Source: an uncultured Candidatus Rokubacteria bacterium
Lineage (GTDB): Bacteria; Methylomirabilota; Methylomirabilia; Rokubacteriales; CSP1-6
Direction: 5' to 3'
Assembly (NCBI GenBank): GCA_963754315.1
Contig: CAVWFS010000008.1
Location: 32,001-96,000 of the forward strand
DNA: 64,000 nucleotides
The notes under the pieces were generated by a model. That model was given only the letters and a program-made list of their open reading frames with translations. It was not told the DNA's origin and did not search any database. A program made the translations under genes and the position numbers. Below are positions 42,775 to 52,842 of the stretch, in pieces (the first letter of the stretch is position 1; every line of letters begins with the position of its first letter).

Positions 42775-43806
42775 ATGCGCAAGGCCGCCGCTGCCCTCGG
42801 GGTCGCCGCCGCTCTGACCTCTACCGTCGCCCTGGCCGACACCTTGTCCGTCGCCGAAGTCGGCAGCTTCCACGTCGGCGGCCGGCCCGTTTCGCTCTCC
42901 GGCCTGCCGACGCGGGACGTGGTGTTCACCGCCGGCTCGGCCCCCATCAAGGTCGATCCCAATGGTGACTTCGAGGTCGAGCAAATGTACGTACAGTACG
43001 TGAAGCTCGCCCAGCCCAAGGCGAAGTATCCCTTGCTGCTCTGGCACGGGGGCGGCCTCACCGGGGTTACCTGGGAGACCAAGCCCGACGGCAAGCCAGG
43101 CTGGCAGATGTTCTTCCTGCGCGCGGGGCACGACGTCTACGTGTCTGACGCCGTCGAGCGCGGCCGGGCCTCCTGGGCGCGTTACCCCGAGATCTTCACG
43201 AGCGAACCCCTCTTCCGGACTAAGAAGCAGGCCTGGGAGGATTTCCGTATCGGTCCCGCGGGCAGCTACAAGCTCAACCCCGCCGAGCGAGTCGCTCTGC
43301 CCGGCCAGCTCTTCCCCGTTCAGGCGTTCGATCAGTTCTTCAAGCAAGGGGTACCCCGCTGGTCGACGACCGACACCCAGATCCAGGCCGCCTACAACGA
43401 GCTCGTGCAGAAGGTCTGCCCCTGCGTGATCGTCGTGCACAGCCAGGGCGGCAATTTTGGCTTCAACGCGGCTCTGAACGCACCGGACAAGGTGAAAGCG
43501 CTCATCGCCGTCGAGCCATCGGGCGCACCAAAGCCGGAGGCGGCGGGAGGCGGCAAGCTCAAGGACGTGCCTCATCTCGTCGTCTGGGGTGACCACATCG
43601 GGCAGAGCCCGCTCTGGCAGCGCTTCGTCCCGGCGTCGGAGCGCTACAGCGCGGCGCTGCGTGCGGAGGGCGGAGTTGCCGACTGGTGGGACCTGCCCAA
43701 GATGGGCGTGGCCGGGAACACTCACATGCTGATGATGGACACGAACTCAGACCGGATAGCCCAGATGCTCCAGCAATGGATGACCGCTCGGGGGTTGATG
43801 AAATGA
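42775..43806 (+). CDS. Exported alpha/beta-fold esterase
   Basis: Signal peptide (VALA-D), WHGGG, HSQGG, GNTHMLM. Confidence 0.85.
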   Translation: MRKAAAALGVAAALTSTVALADTLSVAEVGSFHVGGRPVSLSGLPTRDVVFTAGSAPIKVDPNGDFEVEQMYVQYVKLAQPKAKYPLLLWHGGGLTGVTWETKPDGKPGWQMFFLRAGHDVYVSDAVERGRASWARYPEIFTSEPLFRTKKQAWEDFRIGPAGSYKLNPAERVALPGQLFPVQAFDQFFKQGVPRWSTTDTQIQAAYNELVQKVCPCVIVVHSQGGNFGFNAALNAPDKVKALIAVEPSGAPKPEAAGGGKLKDVPHLVVWGDHIGQSPLWQRFVPASERYSAALRAEGGVADWWDLPKMGVAGNTHMLMMDTNSDRIAQMLQQWMTARGLMK

Positions 43807-43835
43807 CACCGAGTGGCCGAGAGGAGAGATGGAGT

Positions 43836-45128
43836 ATGACGCCGACACCGCACACGCGTCGCGATGTCTTGAAGGGGACGATGGCCGTCGCCGCTGCCGC
43901 ATCGGTCGGCGCCACGACCGCGCGTCGTGCCGCCGCGCAGGGAAGCGCCGCCCCGGCCCGCGCGCAGATTGACGGCGTGCTGCGGCAGGCGGTTGACGCC
44001 AAAGAGGTGCCTGGCGTGGTGGCGATGGCCGCCACCGACAAGGGCCTGCTCTACGAGGGCGCCTTCGGCGTTCGTGCTCTCGACCAGAGCACCCCCATGA
44101 CTCTCGACACCGTCTTTCGCATCGCCTCCATGACGAAGGCCATCACCTCGGTAGCCGCTATGCAACTAGTCGAGCAGGGCAAGCTCAAGCTGGAGGGGCC
44201 GGTGCCTGATATCGATCCGGCCCTGGGCTCGCCCCAGGTCCTGGAGGGTTTCGACGGCGCCGGGGCACCCCGGCTTCGGCCGGCCAAGCGGCCCATCACG
44301 CTTCGTCAGCTGCTGACCCACACGGCCGGATTCAGCTACGACATCTGGGATGCAAACACCCAGCAATACGTCAAGACGCTGGGGCTGCCCGCGCGGGCCA
44401 CGGGCAAGCTCGCGTCGGTTCGCACGCCGCTCATCTTCGACCCGGGCGACCGATGGGAGTACGGCGTCAACACCGACTGGGCAGGGCGCGTGGTGGAGGC
44501 GGCGAGCGGACAAACGCTCGACACCTATTTCCGCGACAAGATTTTCGCCCCTCTCGGCATGAAGGACAGTGGCTACGTTGTCTCGGCCGAGCAGCGCGCG
44601 CGCCAGGGCCGCGTGCATCAGCGCCAGGCCGACGGTACTCTCGTTGTCCAGCCATGGGAAACGCCGCCGGCCAACCCTGAGTTCTGGTCGGGGGGTGGCC
44701 CCCTGTACTCCACGGCGTCCGACTACCTGGCTTTCCTGCAGATGCTCCTGCATGGAGGAGCTCGCAACGGCACGCGCCTGCTTCGCTCGGAGACGGTGGC
44801 GGATATGGCCAAGAACCATACCGGCACCATCGCCGCTGGTGTCATGAAGGCGCAGATCGCAACCCTCTCCAACAATGTCAACCTGTTCCCGGGCGCGGAG
44901 ATTCGCTGGGGGCTTGGCTACATGCTCAACATGCAACCGGGACCCAATGGTCGCAGCGCGGGCACGGTGAGCTGGGGAGGGATTTTCAATACCTATTACT
45001 GGCTCGATCCGTCGCGGCGCGTGACCGGGCTGATCATGACCCAGATCCTGCCCTTCGCCGATCCGCGCGTGCTTGCCCTCTATGGGCGGTACGAGCGGAG
45101 CATCTACGAGGCCCTCAAGGCGACGTGA
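43836..45128 (+). CDS. Tat-exported serine hydrolase (beta-lactamase/class C fold)
   Basis: TRRDVLK Tat motif; SMTK, LLTHTAG, WEYG, WGG. Confidence 0.88.
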   Translation: MTPTPHTRRDVLKGTMAVAAAASVGATTARRAAAQGSAAPARAQIDGVLRQAVDAKEVPGVVAMAATDKGLLYEGAFGVRALDQSTPMTLDTVFRIASMTKAITSVAAMQLVEQGKLKLEGPVPDIDPALGSPQVLEGFDGAGAPRLRPAKRPITLRQLLTHTAGFSYDIWDANTQQYVKTLGLPARATGKLASVRTPLIFDPGDRWEYGVNTDWAGRVVEAASGQTLDTYFRDKIFAPLGMKDSGYVVSAEQRARQGRVHQRQADGTLVVQPWETPPANPEFWSGGGPLYSTASDYLAFLQMLLHGGARNGTRLLRSETVADMAKNHTGTIAAGVMKAQIATLSNNVNLFPGAEIRWGLGYMLNMQPGPNGRSAGTVSWGGIFNTYYWLDPSRRVTGLIMTQILPFADPRVLALYGRYERSIYEALKAT

Positions 45129-45199
45129 TGACAAGATCCTGGGGAAGGCGCATTCTACGGCCCCGAGCATCTGTTACCGGGCTCTGAGGAGGGAGAGCG

Positions 45200-45865
45200 A
45201 TGGCCAGGAAGAAGGGCACAGCGCTGTTGATGGTGTGGGCGGACGTTCCCGCCGACAAGGAGAAGGAGTTCAATCGCTGGTACAACGAGGAGCATCTCGC
45301 CGAGCGGATTGCCGTGCCAGGCTTCCTGTCCGCCGCCCGCTACGAGGCCGTCAAGGGCGGACCGAAGCATCTGGCTTACTACGAACTGGAGAACACCGCG
45401 GTGCTGGACAGCGAGGCGTACAGGCGGGTGACGGAGAACCCCACGCCATGGACCCAGCGTTGTTCGCCCAACGTCATTGGCACCACGTTCATCCGCAACG
45501 TCTACACCATGATCCATCCGAAGACGGTAACCCCAGCCATCGCAGAGAGCGGCATGGCGCCAGCCCTCCAGATCGGCCGCATGGACGTGCCCGCCGCCAT
45601 CGATGCGGAGTTCAACACCTGGTACAACACCATCTACGTTCCAAACTACGAGAAGGTGCCCGGTGTCATTCGGGGCCGCCGCTACCGGGCGGTGACGGGG
45701 ACGCCGACCTATCTCACCCTGTACGAGTTCGATAACCCGACGGTGTCCGAAAGCGCCGCGTGGGCAGCTCAGCGCGACGCGGTGCCGGCATCCGCCCAGA
45801 TGCGGACGCGCATGAGTCATGCCCCTGGCTCCCCTGGCGTCTACGTCAAGACGTTCCAGCTGTGA
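45200..45865 (+). CDS. Duplicated dimeric alpha-beta barrel (DUF4286/EthD-like) protein
   Basis: Two repeats: EFNRWYNEEHL..VPGF and EFNTWYNTIYV..VPGV. Confidence 0.75.
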   Translation: MARKKGTALLMVWADVPADKEKEFNRWYNEEHLAERIAVPGFLSAARYEAVKGGPKHLAYYELENTAVLDSEAYRRVTENPTPWTQRCSPNVIGTTFIRNVYTMIHPKTVTPAIAESGMAPALQIGRMDVPAAIDAEFNTWYNTIYVPNYEKVPGVIRGRRYRAVTGTPTYLTLYEFDNPTVSESAAWAAQRDAVPASAQMRTRMSHAPGSPGVYVKTFQL

Positions 45866-45878
45866 ATGGTGAACTGAC

Positions 45879-46661
45879 CTACGTCTCGGCCACCACGTAG
45901 TTGCGCAGGGTGCCGATGTCGCTGATCTCGACCTCGATCACGTCGCCGGGGACCATGTCGCCGTCGGCGCCCTCCGTGCCCATCCACAGCACGTCGCCCG
46001 GATGGAGGGTGGCCGTCTTGCTCATTTCGTGAATCCAGGTCGCGGTGTCCCAGATCTGGTCGGCCGACGAGAAGTCTTCCCAGACGCTCCCGTTGTGGCG
46101 GACGACGATCCGGAACTTGGTAGGATCCAGTCCAGTCACGATCAAGGGGCCGAACGGTTTGAACGTGTCGCAGTTCTTGGCGCGGAAGAGGGTTCGATCC
46201 GTGCGCTGCCACTCGCGCTGACTGATGTCGTTCCCGATGCTGTAGCCAAACACGTAGTCGAGGGCATGTTCTCGGGATACATTGCGCGCCGTCTTGCCGA
46301 TGATCACGGCCAGTTGTCCCTCGGGCTGGACGGCGCCCGAGCAGTCCTTCGGCACCACGATGTTGTCCTCGGGGCCGATGATGGCCCGCACCGAGCGCAG
46401 CTTCGGCTCGGGCCGGGCCGGATATGTGGGGGGCTCGCCGCGTCGTTTTGCCATGCCCTCCAGATGGCCCCGGTAGTTGGGCCCCGAGGCGTAGAGGATC
46501 GACGGGAGGATTGGCGGCAGAAGCTTCACGTGAGTGAGCGGGTGGCTGGTCCTGGTCACCGTGTGCTCGGCAAGGGGATTCCCGGCGACCTCGATCACGC
46601 TCTCGTCTTCGACGATGCCGTGAGTGACGTGCGATCCGACCTGGAAGCGACACCATTTCAT
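45879..46661 (-). CDS. Fumarylacetoacetate hydrolase family protein
   Basis: GYSIGNDISQR, AKNCDTFKPFGP, TLHPGDVLWMGT. Confidence 0.88.
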   Translation of the reverse strand: MKWCRFQVGSHVTHGIVEDESVIEVAGNPLAEHTVTRTSHPLTHVKLLPPILPSILYASGPNYRGHLEGMAKRRGEPPTYPARPEPKLRSVRAIIGPEDNIVVPKDCSGAVQPEGQLAVIIGKTARNVSREHALDYVFGYSIGNDISQREWQRTDRTLFRAKNCDTFKPFGPLIVTGLDPTKFRIVVRHNGSVWEDFSSADQIWDTATWIHEMSKTATLHPGDVLWMGTEGADGDMVPGDVIEVEISDIGTLRNYVVAET

Positions 46662-46741
46662 GAGCCGTGCCCTCCCTGCCCCGACTATGCCATGCGCCGG
46701 CCCGAACGGACCACTGGCCGCTGATGCTAGACTCCGGACCG

Positions 46742-47938
46742 ATGGCGACCGCACGTCTTCCGCTTGAGGGAATACGCGTCCTCGAGCTGGCCCAGGTGGT
46801 AGCCGGTCCCTTCTGCGGGGTGCTCATGGCCGAGTTCGGCGCCGAGGTGATCAAGACCGAGATGCCTGGCCGCGGCGACGACTTGCGGCGTCTCGGTCCC
46901 TCCGAGGACGGGTGCAATTACTGGTTTGCCGCCGACAATCGGAACAAGCAGCTCATCACGCTCGACCTTCACGCTCCCAAGGGCCAGGAAATCGCCCGTC
47001 GCCTCGTGGCCACGTGCGACGTCGTCCTCGAGAACTTCCGCCCGGGGGTCCTCGAGCGGTGGGGGCTCGGCTGGGAGGTGCTCCACGCGATCAACCCGCG
47101 GTTGGTGATGGCGCGGGTCACCGCCTTCGGCCAGACGGGGCCACTCAATCAAGGGCCCGGGTATGCTGCCATCGGCTCGGCCTTTGGCGGGACGTGGTAC
47201 GTGAACGGGCATGCGGACCGGCCGCCCGCACGGCCGACGCCGGTGTATCCCGACTACATGACCGGACTGTTTACGGCATTCGGGGTCCTGGCCGCTCTGC
47301 GCCATCGCGACGCGACTGGCGAGGGGCAGTGGATCGACGCGGCCCTCTACGAGTCGGCCTTCCGCATCATGGAATACACACCGACCCTCTATGGTCGGCA
47401 GGGTGTCGTGCGCGAGCGCGGGAACCTCCAGCACGCAGGCTGGCCAGGCGGTGCCTATCAGACGCTCGACGGGCGATGGGTCGTCTTCACCGCTCCTGCC
47501 CAACACCTGTTTGAGCGGCTCTGCACGATGCTCGGCCAGCCTGAGCTGCCCCGCGACCCACGTTTCGCCAGCCCGACAGAGCGTCCGAAGCACATCGACG
47601 TCATCCTCGGGCTGGTAACGGAGTGGTTCGCCGCCCGCCCCTTCGAGAAGGCCGTCCAGGAGCTTCAGACCCACGACATTCCGCATGCGCCCATCATGAG
47701 CATGGCCGACATCTTCGCCGACCCGCACTACCGCGCCCGCGAGATGATCATCGACGTGCCATCCGAAGAGCACGGGACGCTCCCGCAGCCCGGTGTGGTA
47801 CCCAAGCTCTCCCTCACGCCTGGCCGTGTCACCCACGCCGGACCCCGTCTGGGCCGCCACACCGACGAGATCCTTTCGGCGCTGCTCGGGTTGAGCGCCG
47901 GGGAGATCACGGCTCTCCGCGCCGAGGGCGTGATCTAG
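46742..47938 (+). CDS. CoA-transferase family III (CaiB/BaiF)
   Basis: LEGIRVLEL, AGPFC, ENFRPG, YPDY, PRLGRHT. Confidence 0.92.
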   Translation: MATARLPLEGIRVLELAQVVAGPFCGVLMAEFGAEVIKTEMPGRGDDLRRLGPSEDGCNYWFAADNRNKQLITLDLHAPKGQEIARRLVATCDVVLENFRPGVLERWGLGWEVLHAINPRLVMARVTAFGQTGPLNQGPGYAAIGSAFGGTWYVNGHADRPPARPTPVYPDYMTGLFTAFGVLAALRHRDATGEGQWIDAALYESAFRIMEYTPTLYGRQGVVRERGNLQHAGWPGGAYQTLDGRWVVFTAPAQHLFERLCTMLGQPELPRDPRFASPTERPKHIDVILGLVTEWFAARPFEKAVQELQTHDIPHAPIMSMADIFADPHYRAREMIIDVPSEEHGTLPQPGVVPKLSLTPGRVTHAGPRLGRHTDEILSALLGLSAGEITALRAEGVI

Positions 47939-47979
47939 CCCGGGGCCGGCACGAAGCAAACCAACAAACTGGAGGGACC

Positions 47980-48543
47980 ATGAGTAGCACACCAACGTTC
48001 GGACGCTACGCCGAGATTCCCGTCGATCAGATGACCGAGAAGCAGCGCGATGCCTACCGGTTCATGATCGACGGCCCACGCGGCCGCCTTCCCGGACCCT
48101 ACAAGGTCTGGGTGCACAATCCGAAGCTGCTGCAGGCGGCCGCCCCTCTCGGACAGCACTTCACGCCGGGCCAGTCGTCGCTGACCGAGCGCGAGCGAGA
48201 AATCGCCGTGGTGGTCATCACCAGCAGCTGGTCTTCCGCGTATCCTACGGCGGCCCACGAAAAGCGCGGCAAGGAGGTTGGCCTTCCCGCCTCCGCCGTG
48301 GAGGCGATCATCGGCGGGCGGACTGTCTCGTTCGAGGACGCACGGGAGCAGGTCGTCTACGAGGTGGCGGTGGCTCTGGCCGGCCGTCACTTGGTTCCTC
48401 AGGGTCTGTACGAGCGAGCGATCAAGGTGCTCGGTCACGAAGGCGTGACCGACATGATCGTCCTGATGGGCTACTACACGGCCGTCTCGTTGACGATGAA
48501 CTTCTACGCAGTGCCCGCAGGAAGTCCCGGCCTGGCCCGCTGA
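47980..48543 (+). CDS. Carboxymuconolactone decarboxylase/AhpD-like protein
   Basis: GPRGRLPGP, LTEREREIAVV, LMGYY. Confidence 0.8.
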   Translation: MSSTPTFGRYAEIPVDQMTEKQRDAYRFMIDGPRGRLPGPYKVWVHNPKLLQAAAPLGQHFTPGQSSLTEREREIAVVVITSSWSSAYPTAAHEKRGKEVGLPASAVEAIIGGRTVSFEDAREQVVYEVAVALAGRHLVPQGLYERAIKVLGHEGVTDMIVLMGYYTAVSLTMNFYAVPAGSPGLAR

Positions 48544-48558
48544 CGACGAGGCTTGGCC

Positions 48559-49372
48559 ATGGCTCGACTACAGATCGTGCCACTTCATCCGTCGCTCGGC
48601 GCGAAGATTTCCGGTGTCGACCTCAGCCAGCCCATCGACGTGCCGACCCGGGAAGCACTCAGCGGCGCGCTGGCCGAACATTTGGTGCTGGTATTTCACG
48701 ACCAGGCCCTCACGCCGACTCAGTATCTTGCCGTGGCGTCGCTATTCGGGCCCCCGATGGAGCAGCACTACTCGCAGCACAACATGCCGGACTTCCCCCT
48801 GATCGGGCTAATCTGGCACCGGAATGGCCAGCGTCCCGCTGAACAGTGGCATACCGATCATACAAATCGCGAGCGGCCGCCGGCGGCGACCATCCTGTAT
48901 GGGGTGGAGATTCCGTCGGCCGGTGGGGGGACCAGCGTGGCGAACATGCGGGCGGCCTACGACACTCTCCCCAGAGACGAACGCGGGCGTCTGGCATCAC
49001 TGAAGACGCTCAACAGCCTGGAGAGCGATCGCTCCGACACGCGTTCGGAAGACCGAGACAAGTATGGGAGCCCCATCGAGCATCCGATGGTCCGTACCCA
49101 CCCGGTGCACGGGTCACGCGCGGTGTACTTCCACATTTCCAAGGCCCCACATCGGCGGCATGACGCCCGAGGCGAGCCAGGCCTACATGCGCGATCTCCT
49201 CGATCGCATGATCCGACCGGAGATCGTCTATCACCACGTGTGGCGGAAGGGCGACGTGGTGGTCATCGACAATCGAGCCACGATGCACCGCGCGCACGGC
49301 GACTACGATCGAAGTCAGAGCCGCATTCTGTGGCGCATCATCGTGGAGGGCGATCGCCCCTACCTGGTTTGA
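48559..49372 (+). CDS. TauD/TfdA Fe(II)/2-oxoglutarate dioxygenase (frameshift near 49150)
   Basis: WHTD, HPMVRTHP, WRKGDVVVIDNRATMHRA. Confidence 0.85.
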
Positions 49373-50224
49373 TCACTTCCCCTTGAGTTTCAGATCTTCG
49401 TAGGGTGAGACGTACGGGTGACCGGTAATCGTGGGCAACTCCCCAACTCGCAATCCCACCCCACTGAGAAGGACGGGTTCCAGGATCGGCGCGAACATGG
49501 CCCGCTCGTGCATGAGTTGCTGGATGCGGTGCAGCAACGACTCGCGCCGCTTCTTGTCCATCTCGGCGGACTGGTCGCGGAATAGCCCGTCGATGTCGGG
49601 ATAGCCGCCGTACGAGCGAATGCCCCCGGAGATGACGAAGGCCTCGATCCGAGTGGCGGCGTTTCCGGCCGCCGCACTACCCACGCGGACTAGGTGCTTG
49701 AACTGCTTCTCCTGATCGGCCTTGTAGAACCCTGCCCGCTCGAGCGGGCGCAGCTTGGCCCGGATGCCGATAGCCTGCAATCCGTTGATGACGGCCTCCG
49801 CTTCGGGCGCATATACGGCGTCAGTGGCTACCTCGACCGCATCGAATCCGCTCGGGTAACCCGCTTCGGCCAGCAGGTGCTTGGCGCGGGCCGGATCGTA
49901 CGGATAGGCGGGAGCAGCCCAGGAGAACTCGAAGTCACGGGGGATGATGCTCGACGCCGGTCTGCCGAACCCGAGGAACTCGGCGTCGTTGATGGCTTTG
50001 CGATCGATGGCCAGGTTGGCGGCCAGCCGAACCCGCCGATCCGCCCACGGCGATTTCGGCTCCCACTGCTCGGTGAACACAAGCCACTCGGTGAACGTGG
50101 GATGGGTGGCCTTGAGGGTGAGGCCTTGCGTCCGCTTGAGCTCTTCTGCGTTCGGCCCACGGATCGAGTACGCCACGTCGGTCTCCGCGCGCTTGAGCAT
50201 GGCCAGCCGTGTCGACTCGTCCGG
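49373..50224 (-). pseudogene. C-terminal half of a family 5 (peptide/nickel) ABC substrate-binding protein; 5' half missing
   Basis: Starts at PDESTRLAMLKR; DRRVRLAANLAIDR, YDPARAKHLLAEAGYP; no start codon or signal peptide. Confidence 0.75.
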
Positions 50225-51366
50225 AAGCGGTGATCGCCAACACCATTCCCCAGACGGCGACGGTCGTGCGTAGCCAGGCGCGCCTCGCTGTCGCCTACGA
50301 TGGCGCACCCCAATTCTGGCCGATCGAGAGCACGCCCCTGCAGTACGTGATCAACACACCGACCCCGGTGATCCGCGTCGATCCCAAGACGTACTATGCG
50401 CTCTCCAACGGGGTGTGGTTCGTGGCGCAGGCTCCCCTCGGACCCTGGGTGGTGGCGACCTTTGTTCCGGCCGTCATCTATACCGTTCCCATCTCGTCGC
50501 CGCTTCACTACGTGACCTACGTTCGGGTCTACGGCTACACGCCGACGGTGGTCTACGTCGGCTATACGCCAGGTTATCTGGGCACCGTGGTCACGCCCGA
50601 CGGGGTGGTGGTGTATGGGACGGGTGTCGTGTACTCCCCGTGGGTGGGCACCGTCTGGTACCCGCCGCCCACGACTTACTACAGCTCCAGTTCCCAGTTC
50701 GCCTGGGGCGCCGCCACCGGCTTCATGATGGGCACCATGACCGGGCTGGCCATCGGCGCCGTGGCCTGGGGAGGAGGGTGCTGCTGCTGCGGTTCGTCCA
50801 CCGTCAACGTCAACAAGACCGTGAACAACTACACGGTCAATGGCTCCAACGTGTACCACAACACCTGGGACAGCAAGACGGTGGTGAGCAGTGGGGACAA
50901 GAGCGCCACCGTCTACCGGACGCCGAACAGCGGGGTGGTTACCAACAACCAGAACAACAACGTCTATGCCTCGCACGACGGAAACGTCTACAAGAAGGAC
51001 GACGGATCCTGGCAGAAATGGAACAGCAGCTCGCAGAGCTGGCAGAACGTGCAGACCACGCGGCCGTCGTCCACCACCGCGACGGCCCCCCAATCGTCAG
51101 CCTCGGCATCGGCACCACGCACACAACCCAACGAGAGCACCCCGCGTGCGGAGGGAGGAGCCGGCCAATTGGACGGTGGCCAGCGATCACCGGGGCAACA
51201 GGCGTGGGGTCAGCGCGGCTCGGGCGAGAGCTTCGGGCGTCAGCCAGGGTGGGGAGGGCAGGCGGGAGGAGGCGGTGCGCTCGACCGAGAGTCAACGGCG
51301 CGCGATCGGGGCTTCGAACGCTTCGGTGGCGAGCGCATGGGAGGCTTCCGGGGGTTCCGCCGCTGA
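50221..51366 (+). pseudogene. C-terminal part of a large exported Tyr/Val-rich protein; 5' part missing
   Basis: Starts at EAVIANTIPQTATV; VYVGYTPGYLG, NNVYASHDGNVY, Gly/Arg-rich tail; no RBS or leader. Confidence 0.65.
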
Positions 51367-51376
51367 GCTGATACTG

Positions 51377-52114
51377 TCAGAGGGCGATGCCGAGCCACTG
51401 CCGAACCTGGCCGTGGAGATCTTCGGCGAACTGGGCGCTGGGGCCGGCGGCCGCGATGCGGCCGAGGCTCATCACATAGACCAGCTCGCTCATCGCGATG
51501 ACCTGACGCACGTTGTGGTCCACGAGCAGGACGCTCGTTCCGTCACCCGCCAGGCGCTCCACCCAGGCGTAGATCTCATCGGCGAGCTTTGGAGCGAGCC
51601 CGACGGTCGGTTCATCGATCAAGCAGAGACGCGGCCGCACGATGAGGGCCTTGGCAAACTCCAGCATCTTCTGCTGGCCGCCCGATAAGCTTCCAGCCTG
51701 GTCGGCGAGCTTGGCTCGCAGGGCCGGGAAGTCGGCCAGGACTTCCTCCCGGCGCGCGCGCGCAGCCGTACTACGCAGGCGGTCCACCACGATCCCCAGG
51801 TTGTCGGCCACCGACAGATACGGGAAGAGAGAGGACTCCTGCGGCACGTACCAGAGCCCGCGATCGACCATGGTGTGCGGTGGACATCCTGTGATCTCAA
51901 GGTCGTCGTAGACGATGCGCCCCTGGCGGCAGGTCAGGAAGCCGTACACGGTCCGCATGAGGGTGGACTTGCCGGCTCCGTTTAGCCCGATGAGGCCGAC
52001 CACGGCTCCAGGGGGAACTTCGAGACTCACGTCCTGGAGGATGTCGATCCCGGGAAAGTAGCCGCCGGTCACGCCGTCGAGCGTCAGGAGAGGCGGGCGG
52101 GGCGAGAGTGTCAT
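51377..52114 (-). CDS. LivF-type ABC ATP-binding protein
   Basis: GLNGAGKST, LSGGQ, DEPTVGLAP. Confidence 0.92.
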   Translation of the reverse strand: MTLSPRPPLLTLDGVTGGYFPGIDILQDVSLEVPPGAVVGLIGLNGAGKSTLMRTVYGFLTCRQGRIVYDDLEITGCPPHTMVDRGLWYVPQESSLFPYLSVADNLGIVVDRLRSTAARARREEVLADFPALRAKLADQAGSLSGGQQKMLEFAKALIVRPRLCLIDEPTVGLAPKLADEIYAWVERLAGDGTSVLLVDHNVRQVIAMSELVYVMSLGRIAAAGPSAQFAEDLHGQVRQWLGIAL

Positions 52115-52842
52115 CGCGCGGCGTGGCCGCCCAGATAGGCTTCGACGACGGCGTGATCGGCCATGACTGCCTCGGTCAGGCCGTCGGCGATCACCGCCCC
52201 GGCGTTCATGCACACGGTGCGTGGACAGAGACGCATGATGGCTGGGATGTCGTGGCTCACCACGAGGAAGGCCTGCCCGGCGGCATGGCGCTCCACGATG
52301 ACGTCGACCATGATCTGCTTCACGGTCGGATGGATGGCCGCGAAGGGCTCGTCGAGCACCACGAGCTTGGGCTCCGACATGAAGCAGCCCCCGAACTCGA
52401 CCAGCTTCTGCTGGCCGCCCGACAGCTCGCCGACTTCGTCGTGGACATGAGCCGTCAGCCCGAGGCGATCGAGGAGGTCGGCGGCCCGCAACCGCGAGGT
52501 ACTCGCCGAGAGTCCCGCGGCTCGTCCGGCGACCTCGAGGTTCTCGCTGGCGGTGAGCCGGCGGAAGATCTTCACGTGCTGGAACATGCGGACGATTCCA
52601 GCCCGGAAGACCTGATGGGGTGAACGCCCGCCGATTTCGCGCCCGAGCAGATGGACCGTGCCCCGCTCGGGAGGGTAGTAGCCGGTGATGACGTTGAGCA
52701 GGGTCGTCTTGCCGGAGCCGTTGGGGCCGATCAGCCCCACCAGCTCACCGCTCCCGACGGTCAGGCCCAGCCGATCGACGGCAATGATGCCGCCGAAGCT
52801 CTTTCGAAGCTCACGAATCTCCAGAAGGTCGGGCTGGCTCAC
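52111..52842 (-). CDS. LivG-type ABC ATP-binding protein
   Basis: GPNGSGKTT, LSGGQ, VVEAYLG. Confidence 0.92.
   Translation of the reverse strand: MSQPDLLEIRELRKSFGGIIAVDRLGLTVGSGELVGLIGPNGSGKTTLLNVITGYYPPERGTVHLLGREIGGRSPHQVFRAGIVRMFQHVKIFRRLTASENLEVAGRAAGLSASTSRLRAADLLDRLGLTAHVHDEVGELSGGQQKLVEFGGCFMSEPKLVVLDEPFAAIHPTVKQIMVDVIVERHAAGQAFLVVSHDIPAIMRLCPRTVCMNAGAVIADGLTEAVMADHAVVEAYLGGHAAR

Noticed and set aside
43836..45128. Beta-lactam resistance gene
   Set aside because: Has the LLTHTAG/WGG esterase-type pattern rather than the KTG of true class C beta-lactamases.
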